A stretch of DNA of 63,417 nt, counting the filler, from Choristocarpus tenellus KU-1152 (lineage: Eukaryota > Protista > Phaeophyceae), in NCBI GenBank assembly GCA_964200185.2. It is 7 parts of 7 records of this genome, joined end to end, with 100 filler letters (N's around TTAATTAATTAA, not from the genome) between each part and the next. Parts side by side here need not be neighbours in the genome. Positions count along the whole stretch, not along the records: positions 43,858 to 55,919 come from CAXNAD020002003.1; positions 56,020 to 60,333 come from CAXNAD020015156.1; positions 60,434 to 63,417 come from CAXNAD020023150.1; 4 more parts are not named here. The stretch is one strand, 5' to 3'. The notes under the pieces were generated by a model. That model was not told the DNA's origin and made no database searches. It saw only the letters and a program-made list of their open reading frames with translations. The position numbers and the translations under genes were made by a program. Below are positions 54,295 through 63,417 of this stretch, piece after piece (the stretch's first letter is position 1; every line of letters begins with the position of its first letter).

Positions 54295-55014
54295 GTTTGT
54301 TCATTCCAACATTATATGTCAAAAGGTCTTTGAATTTAGGTAACACACTGTTTTTAGTCTGAGGGTTCGCATTTTTCAATGTGACACCAGCCATCAGTGA
54401 CTGTACACCATGCAGTCAAGGACAGTGCTGTAACAAACCAATGTATGTGTTATTTGGAATGTCTCATGGGGCGCATGTCATTTCATTATCAAATTATGAA
54501 TCAATTTCATACAATTGCTATAGTATCCAGTATTTTTCTCCAAGATTGCCAAAATGAGAGAAGGAAAAATATAGGCTTGTGGCTTGAATCTGACAGGTGG
54601 ACTTAGATGCTTTGACTGTTTACGAGGTATTTCTAAACATCTTCTACTTGAGGAATTTGGTATATTGGGTGTTCAAAAGGGCGTGACTACCTTTCTTACG
54701 ACACATGGTAGAGCTCCTTGATGGCCAACAAAAGCACGTTCTTATTGGGTTGGAGTTTGACTCTGGAAATTCTTCCTAATTATCTCTTTGTCTTGTGCAC
54801 GTTCATCGCACACAGACTCCAGTTTTATTGAGACATCATAACAGTTGGGGCTGCAGTTCCTCTCTGTGCTTCGAATCATTCCCTCTACTGATCCTTGAGT
54901 CACCTTAGCCACAAGAAACATCAGATATTTATTCTTTTGACGTTGTGGGCGTAAAGGGCATAATGTAAAGAATGGCTTGTGATGATTGGTGTAAGTAGGC
55001 TATCGTACATGGCT

Positions 55015-55919
55015 GTTTAGAGGATATCAAATGTGATGAATCTGGGACTCTCCTTGCTCATTAGGTTCAGGAGGTTTGAAGAGGAATAAAGGTTTGTGTT
55101 TTCAGGTGTCTTGGTTATCTGTAAGTACCGCTCAGTGTTGTAACGGTGTTGGCTTCTTAGAGCATAAAAATATAGGTCTTTTTTGCACAGATTATGAGCC
55201 TCACGGGTATGGAAGTAGACCCACGTAAGCTGCCACTATGGAGTGGCGCGCGTGGGCATACAAGGGAGAAGTGGGCAGAATGGTGGATGGTGCTGGTGAG
55301 CTATGCGGGCGGCAAGGGACTGTACTATATCCTTAAACCGGCGTACCACACCCCTGCATCTCCTACAGCGGATACATCGTTTGCGGACCATTGTGCGTAC
55401 GAGGAGTACATCAAGCATCGCAAGGCCTTATGGTTCCTGCTGGGCCAGGCCACGAGGGGGACTGCAGCAATGGTGGTCAGCACCCACAAAAATAACGGTA
55501 GCACCAATGGGAGGGCAGCCTGGCTCAAGTTGGAACAAATCTACGGGGGGCGCACTGTGGTGCAGCGGCCCATGCAGCTCATAGCTCTCGAGATGAAGCT
55601 GCGGGACATGTACTGCTCATTGGTGGAGGATGCTGCCGACTTCATCATCTGTCTCAATCACATCTGGACGGAGTACGAGCAGCTGGAGGCGGCCAAGGAG
55701 GACCACGCCAAGAAGGGGGCTCTGATCATCATCATCAGGGACAACATGCCACAGGTGTTTGCACAGCTATCCAAAGCTCCAGACCTCACCTACGACCAAC
55801 TCAAAACTGCCATCATCTCCTCCTCTTCATACATGACCACCGAGGTCACGGGGAAACGACCAGGAGCTAAGGGCTATGGCACTCCACACAGGTGTAGGGA
55901 CACCAACAGGGAGACAGGG
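55015..55919 (+). mobile_element. Ty1/copia LTR retrotransposon 5' end: putative short LTR, PBS and open gag ORF (55194 to the gap)
   Basis: Gag-like WAEW...GLYYIL...LWFLLGQATRGTA...NGRAAWLKLEQIYG. CA|GATTATGAGCC at 55188-55200 resembles the GGTTATGRGCCC half-tRNA-Met PBS and overlaps the ATG. The LTR start (TGTT at about 55015) is tentative. Confidence 0.8.
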
Positions 55920-56019
55920 NNNNNNNNNNNNNNNNNNNNNNNNNNNNNNNNNNNNNNNNNNNNTTAATTAATTAANNNNNNNNNNNNNNNNNNNNNNNNN
56001 NNNNNNNNNNNNNNNNNNN

Positions 56020-58824
56020 CCCATTATTCTCTCCGCCTGTATCATTCTTACTACTGTTATTGGTGCCCTCGAGACAATCTTCTGTACCCCCACTGCTTCC
56101 CTCATTCCCAGCGTCTCCAGATGGTGGAGGGGGGATGGAGAGTGTCCTTAGCTCTGATCTCAGGAACTCTGCCTTCTCTTGCAGTAGCTCTAGCTCTTTT
56201 CGAGGTCCATAACTGATCGATAGGGTTAGGGTTACATACATCTGTGCGTGAGATTATGATGTGGAGTGCATGCAGAGCTTTTGAGTGTTATTTTTTGTCA
56301 TGTGCAATTTGAAATGTAACAGTCAAATTTATAGCTATTTAGCCATCAACCTGAAAACAGAAAGATTAGCAGAACTATAACAGTAGAAGGTTCTTACGAA
56401 CACTGTGTAGTGATAGCACAGAAACTTGTCATTGACCTATCATTGAATCTGTGACAAGACTCTAAAACACAACAGCTGTAACTGTAAGCCCAGTACACCC
56501 ACTTGTGAAGTACAGTGCCTTTACAAATCCATATAAGTATCACCTATAAACAGAAAATTCTACATCAAAACCACTTGATTTGTTTTGCAGGGTTTAGGGC
56601 GGGAGGGTAGTGGATATCCTACACCACCAACAACACACACTAGCATATGCACAGCACAGCATCCCTAGTCATTATTAGGGCTTAGGTGTTTTGAATAAAC
56701 TGACACTGTGGGTGTTCCAGTTTTTATGTATATCTAGGGACATTGGAACTGTGGTCCAAAATCGGAACCTATTGCTATGTTTGACCAACCCTAACCCTAA
56801 CCCTAACCATACATTGCAATCAATTTGGAGGTTAAAGAGCAGTCTCTCAGAATGCTGACCGTGGCAGTGACATTTCTGCATATATGTGATATATGTGTGC
56901 ACAGGACATACTTCAAAGAGTCTGTATGCACTAGCGACTCCTACAATACTTTTCAGTTGGCAGCTCACTGAGTAACAACAGTTTACAAACACTACATAGC
57001 TAGAATAAATCTGAATCATTTCAGACCTTGAGTGAGATTTAACCTTTCAAAAAAAACAAGAATACCGCTGTGTGCCTACGAGTCTAGGTGAAGAAATGCC
57101 ATTATTAATACCGTATCGATTCCACCTGATTTGAAAACATTTTAGAAATGACCTGCATTCCAATACCAGAACAAAAAAGGGAGGAAAAAAAAAAGTCATA
57201 CTCCAGAAAACCAATAGGAAAAAAATAGCTACAGAAGATTATCGAAGTGCAGGTGTGACCTCATACGATAACTAATGCCACTCACTGACCATTTGCAGAC
57301 CCAGTTCAACTAAACCTCACAATACATTTCTCTCCATGAAAAAAAATCATGTTGCAATCCCAGCACATGCATCTTTAACTTTCAGTCCCAGTTGAAGTAC
57401 TGAATGTCCTCAAAATTCAAGTCACCACGACCCAAATCAGAGAACTGTTAGAACTGTACCAAATTTGTTGTTCATTATTGTAACCCTAACTCGTATCAGT
57501 TCCCAAATTGCAATCTATGTTGAACATGAAGCTATAGCGTCATAGCAACATAGTCTATCACACAAGAAAAAAAAAGACTTGAGAGGCAGGAATGGGTTTC
57601 ACAAAAAGGTTACACTTTCTACTACAAACCCTGAAGGAGCAAGACCTAAGGACCTTCCCAGCACTAGTGGCAAAGCCCTAGCGTAGTCACCAACAAGTTC
57701 AGTTTCACAACCACAGCATCACATATTGTCAGGGGAGAAACATCGAGGAGTCCTCTACAACTTGGGTCTTGGACAGGGCATCTAACCCATATCCAATCAA
57801 AATCTAATTACAAGAAACTGTTTATAAAAACAATTAACACAAAAGCAGTCCAAGACCAAATGCTCACTTGAAGAAGATTTCATGCAAGACCAAATGTCAT
57901 CAATATCCCGACCTAAATTTTTTGAGCTCCTCACCAACCGTAGTCATGTTGGTATTAGGGCTACGTGTAAGATTCATTCTTAATAATATATTTCTTTATC
58001 TGAATTATTTCCCAGAAGAACTGAGTGCCACGAGCACCATGCTTGGTCAGATCCTGTAGTATCTTCCAATATAGATACAATAGATACCCCCAAGCTCTCA
58101 AGTCCTTTGAATTAATGCATTTTCTACCCTAACATACCATCTCTTCTACCCTCGTACATAAATCATCTATTGCACCCTCCAATCTATATTCCCTACATGC
58201 GAATGCACACAGAACCTTAAAGGCTTATGCACACCGACAATCAGGACATTAATTAATCACAACATTTAAAGGCTTACGTACACAGACAATCAGGACATTA
58301 ATTAATCACAACATTTAAAGGCTTACGTACACCGACAATCAGGACATTAATTAATCACAACATTTAAAGGCTTATGTACACCGACAATCAGGACATTAAT
58401 TAATCACAACATTTAAAGGCTTATGTACACCGACAATCACAACATTAATTAATCAGGACATTACTTCTTGTTCGACTTTCAATTCATAGCTACTGCCTGA
58501 AGCTGTAATAACTTCAAACCACATAGATCTTTCCCCCCTCATGTCATTTTACTAGACCGCACCAATGCATCCAAGAACCACATACAAATCATAGCCCAAT
58601 CCCCTACATTCAACAGTAGACCCCAGTCCAAGTCCTAACCTGCTGCCCTCATATGGCGTATAATCTTGGATGAAGTGTGCCTTGGAAGATAGACACTTAT
58701 GTACCTCTCCTACCAGTGTCAAGAACCTGAGGCTTGAAGCCTCGACCTCAGCCTCTTCCACAGCCCCCCCCTTAGCAAGCCCTTCCAATGCCTGTGCTGC
58801 CACCTCCAGCATTTCTGCCACTTT
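56020..58824 (-). CDS. MED11: Mediator of RNA polymerase II transcription subunit 11, two exons seen; first exon and stop not seen
   Basis: Exon 58824-58640 (KVAEMLEVAAQALEGLAK...FLTLVGEVHKCLSSKAHFIQDYTPYEGS) joins in phase 2 to exon 56212-<56020 (SYGPRKELELLQEKAEFLRSEL...). This parallels human MED11 ...[23 protein letters not shown]. Confidence 0.82.
56787..56808. repeat. Interstitial telomere-type (CCCTAA)n motif, the longest perfect example of about 9 in the window
   Basis: Others lie near 19670, 20895, 31963, 35740, 36571, 37108, 56221 and 57481. Confidence 0.8.
58218..58462. repeat. 49-bp minisatellite, 5 copies, in the MED11 intron
   Basis: TAAAGGCTTAYGTACACCGACAATCAGGACATTAATTAATCACAACATT starts at 58218, 58267, 58316, 58365 and 58414. 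Confidence 0.95.
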
Positions 58825-60314
58825 CTGTAATGCATGAGGTGGGGTAGGTCAGGGGGAAGATAGAAATAGGAATGAATGGAACATGGGGCATGGGGTATTG
58901 AACGGACTGGGAGCAGTAGGTTCTGGGAAGATGCACAACTTCAGTGGAATTGGGACTGTGTGGAGTTTGTGGTAGTACATTTTAAGGCTAATCCTACATA
59001 GAGGTGCAAAAGGTGGTGTTGCAGTTGGAGATGTGAGAGAGGCATTTCGTGCCTAAGATGTATATCGGGGAGAATGATGAAGTGAAGCATTAGGGAAAAA
59101 AAAAATGTATTGGAAAGTGAGAACAATATCAAATAATGACCTACTTAGGTTGGGCATGAGATGTTGAGATGAGTCTTTACCACCAGGGCTTATAGAAACA
59201 CGGTATTCAACAGTCAATAAAAAATTGTGTAAATTGCTCCAATAAAAATGACACTGGTGAGAAGATGGAGTAAGTTACAGTATGAATTATTCACAGTTTA
59301 AGGTACTGGGCCTTACATTGTCAATGGTTCCCCTCATAGCCATACACAGTCCCTTCCACCAACTAAATTCTATCATCCTTTTCAACACTCATAGCCACTG
59401 CAACAATGTTGATCCTTCTGCAAGTAAACTCGCCATCCCGGTCATCCCACATCACGCAGCAATATCTTCTGAGAATTTTCTTGTTCGCATTAAACATACC
59501 ATTCTTTGACGTAAAGGTGTAGAAAATAAAAATTCAAGATTTGCAACTTTGTGAGTAAAGGACTGGTGACACTACCTCTTCACCCTGTCAACTTTCTTCT
59601 GGTGTCTTTATGCATTATAGTACCCCCAGCCTCAACACAAAGCAACATAAGGAGCATCAAATCAGAAACAGCACTTGTTAAACCCCCCCCCCCCTGTCAA
59701 CATAATAGCATATACTTCAATTCAAAATTCCTAACTCAATCTGTCATACCAAGGAAGCTAAAACTTAATCCACTTATCAAATATTCCTAATTCTGACTCA
59801 ACAGCATGGATGCATGTGCTAAGAGAAGCATTGATCCTCTCAACAGTTGTTCACTTTTTGACAAAAGAGACATCAATTACTCACAGCAGTTGCACTTTAA
59901 TTCCCTCTCAAGATGCACACGCACAAAAACCACTCTATATGTGGTATGCATGCACTCAACACAGTATGATCAATGATCAATGACAGAAAAATTAAGGTCG
60001 CAATTCAGATGCAAAGGAAATTGGACAACGTATGGAGAATAATGCTTGTCATTTTGAGGCAACCAGCGTGATAAGCTAGTTACTGTACAGGTCTCATACG
60101 TACACACAATACACATGAAGCAACAAAAAAAAGGAACAGAATCACACACACACTATTTACTAACAAAATGAAGAAAACATCAAGAACAGGAAACCACTGA
60201 CCCAACACGTAGTATGGAAGTGATAAAGGCTGTCACGAGATTATGATACATCTGATTGCAGTTTTTCTTGTGCACTTGTTTCTGTATTAGCAACTCTGCT
60301 GACCAAAACTTCCT

Positions 60315-60333
60315 GATCCAAAGTATCTGGGGG
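60315..60333. mobile_element. MITE family 2, left terminus at the contig end
   Basis: GATCCAAAGTATCTGGGGG runs into the gap. Confidence 0.6.
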
Positions 60334-60433
60334 NNNNNNNNNNNNNNNNNNNNNNNNNNNNNNNNNNNNNNNNNNNNTTAATTAATTAANNNNNNNNNNN
60401 NNNNNNNNNNNNNNNNNNNNNNNNNNNNNNNNN

Positions 60434-61361
60434 GCTTTGGTGCGTATAGCACAGCACCCTGGTGGTGGGTGCAACAACAGCAAGAGTAAGTGCATGGTAA
60501 GCCTCTTTTGTTATCCAGATATCATTCGCACTGAAGCTGTCTGAGAGAAGTTCCTCGTAGGAACGTTCTTGGTGGACTGGTCTTTCACTTGTCAACGCAC
60601 CCAAGCAGTGGTTATATTGGCAATGAACGATGAAACGCCTCCGCCAGTCCCGGTAGTTCGAGTCGTCCAATAGTTTCGGTGGTTGGGTCCTTGATCTCTT
60701 TGTCTTAGGGCAAATAATATGTGCGCCTGACCCCAAGCTCTTCGACGAACCAGACCTCCGGCTTGCCCCACTTCTGACGCTCACAGCATCCAAAGTGCCA
60801 AAGTATCTTAGAGGGTACGATTTCTGCCCTGTGTGTCCATTTGGGGCTTGGCTTCCCACGGGTTTTTATTGACATTTTACCTACTCCAAGATGTTCCGGA
60901 GTAGGTAAATTGTTTACATTATGAAAATGTGTGAGTGGAACAAGGATATTGACACTTCCTAACAAACATGACAGCCAAAATTACGTCAAAATTGCAACAC
61001 CGGATTTTGGCCCCCAAATGGACACGGCTCTACGCTCTAAGATACTTTGACTCAAACTGTTTCCCCTCGCTGGGAAATTTTCCCTTAACGTGAGTTCCAT
61101 AGGACCCACTTCGACTGGTGCGTGCCCAGCCGGAGACTGTGTCCTGGGCACAGCGGCCTGGACGACGGGATGATTTCCATCGCCGACTCTATCAGACTGC
61201 AACATGAGATTGCCAATGTTTCTTGACAGATCTACTACCGTCGCCCTAAGCTGTCGGAATTCTTGGACAGATGGGCCCTCGGAAGGAACTCTTTCCCGCA
61301 ATTCTTAAATAGCTGGGCCCTTGGTAGGAACAGGTAGAATCGCATCTCCTTTCGTAGACAT
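60434..61361 (-). mobile_element. Copia-type gag pseudogene interrupted by MITE copy 4
   Basis: ATG at 61361, a premature TAA inside a duplicated VPxxGPxxQExR motif, then PKLLDDSNYRDWRRRF...AYHALTLAV, typical of a copia gag N-terminus. Confidence 0.75.
60795..61053. mobile_element. MITE family 1, copy 4, inserted in a copia gag ORF
   Basis: Same TIRs, flanked by AAA/AAA. Removing the element plus one duplication restores the gag frame (RGN-SL-DAV). Confidence 0.92.
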
Positions 61362-63417
61362 GATGAAATGATGGGTTAGAAACCTAAGGTTCAATATATT
61401 GTGTTGAAGTATCGCTCAAATCATCCAAGAGGGTAAAGGTGATAAAGCCAGCGAGATTGCTTTATGTCTGTAGAGTGATTGATTAAAGCTAAGTGGGGCA
61501 TGCAGCACCCCATAAGATCAGAAATATTTCCTTTTGTATGAGAACTTTTCTCATACAGCAAATCACTAGTAAAAGGTTCTGATAACTCGACCACTAATGA
61601 ATGTGTTCTCTTACTCCATACATCTTTTACCATAACTGTCTGATAGAGTTGGAAGAATCGAATCGAACATGTGTTTGGCATAGGGTGTGCGTGTGTGTGT
61701 GGGAAACGGTGTTCCTCGTTAATCATTTGCACGCCAGTACTTCAACGTCTTTCTCGTTTTAGTACAACCGAATCTGGCACAATTTGTCTTGCGATGAGAG
61801 CAGAGAGTATAACGCTCATGTAGATGGTGGAAGGGGTGTGTATGGTGTAAGGTCAGAGGGTTGCAGGTGCGTAGGATGGTGTTAGAGTTGGATTCTATGG
61901 GCCACTTGGTTTCTTTCTTTTGTAGGAGCAAGATGGCCTCCACTTTCAGCTTGCAGCTGTTATGTAATCAATGCATGTGAACATGGCCAGGGTTTTTTGA
62001 CACTTCTACTTCTTGTCTATGTCTCTAGATGCGTAACAATAACGAGGTCTATGCTCTTAGATCGGTTTGAGGTTGTGTGTGGTGCGGGATCATGTTGAGA
62101 TGTAGAGCATAGGGTACGACGTATTTTATATTCCAAGACTCGTGTCTACTGGTTTACGACGACAGGCTAAGTGTCTCTGAGGAAGTCCTTGTGGGATGCG
62201 ATGTTGTTCGACTATATTTGTGGGTGTTTCTGGTGGCGTACGGTAGATCAGGGTTGTACAAGAGGGAGAAAGCACGAATGGCAGGGGTGTAGGGAGCGCG
62301 GTCTTTCATTAAGCAGCGAGTGCTTGCGTGCACACGCTGTACACATAACTTGTGCCGTGTCTACATCTATGACAAATCTCGAAGAAACACCGGTTTCGTA
62401 TGGTGAGTAAAGGGGTCAACTATTTAACTACACGTGTGCGCCGGGATAGAGGGTTCATGTGATCTGTGGGTGGCCCAGGTTCACATCACAACCAGTCGCA
62501 TGCTGACAGCGGAGGGAACTCTTTGACGATGCATGCGATGAAAGACATGCGGTGTGGAAACGGGTTTACAATGTTCATGCTTTTGCCAAAGTTGGTACAA
62601 GGGAACTTGGAACTAACTGTTTATAGATAGAAAAGCATAGAAACAAATTGGCCGACAACATTCTACACCGTGAACAGTTGCTTGATGGGGAGGGGTCGAC
62701 CTAAAATGAGAGTGTGAGCTACGGTAAGTTATAGGAGAATGGTTGGGTGTAGGGACGTGACTACAGGGTTATACAACGGGTAGGGTACATGGTTGCATGC
62801 ACATGATAGTACAGGCTATGCAAACGGATTAATGTTGCAACTTTCGTCATGGGCGCTATATTACGATAGTGTTTCCGAGAATAGTCTTGCAGGAACACTC
62901 CTGAATGATCTGCACAGAGGATGTACTTTTGCTGTATGGAACTCACCTCCTGCTTCCCTTTGGAGGCATGGCGACGTTCAGTGGTTGGACAGCACCTCTC
63001 CTATAATCGAGTGATGACTGCATGGGGTGGGCACATTGCAAATCGGACAGGGGAAACCGGTAGAATGGGAGAAAAAATGTTTTGTGTTTTGAGTTAGGTC
63101 CAGAAACCATGGCCGGTCGCAGTGGCGTTACATCCTTCTGGCACCTGGTGTCATATCACGAAGGAAGTCCTATTGTGTGTATTCCTTCTGACACATTCGG
63201 TGTGTTGGGTTAGGTACAGCGAACAGGGATAGCGGCAGACGAGTTCGATCCTCCTAGAAGGGATACGCACCTGGTGTCCCTTCACGAAGTCCAGTGGTGT
63301 TGACCTCTTCTGATACGGCTGTAGAGGAAATCGCTCAATTGCATACGATGGAGCAAGCACCCTGTTAAAGTAATTGGTGTTCCCAAGACTTGTGTATGTA
63401 AATAACTCGATTATTTC

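Overview
Eukaryotic, intron-rich and repeat-rich DNA. It is seven contigs joined by artificial 100-bp N44-TTAATTAATTAA-N44 linkers (1-26672, 26773-36067, 36168-40907, 41008-43757, 43858-55919, 56020-60333, 60434-63417), so adjacency across gaps is unproven. Gene style and scattered TTAGGG/CCCTAA motifs suggest a stramenopile, probably a brown alga; this is inference only. Splicing exons by hand gives these genes: a convergent pair of ferric-reductase/NADPH-oxidase (FRE/NOX) paralogs from an inverted duplication (3' end of copy A at 1-1360 +; a 17-exon copy B at 15256-23930 -), an RDH-like SDR between them (5192-10449 +), one PhoD phosphatase exon (32922-33017 +), MED11 (56020-58824 -), and an unidentified low-complexity gene (about 36168-39950 -). 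Repeats include Ty1/copia relics, an IS630/Tc1 transposase fragment, a foldback element, a 35-bp minisatellite with higher-order structure, and a degenerate ~118-bp satellite in two blocks of about 3 kb. There are also two related, unclassified MITE families with GAG...CTC termini; two insertions have demonstrable empty sites and one sits inside a 5' splice site. I found no CRISPR array, rRNA or convincing tRNA. I see no clearly new biological system; the best leads are the MITE families, the atypical FRE/NOX pair, the satellites and an unidentified decayed ORF at 11.6-12.5 kb.
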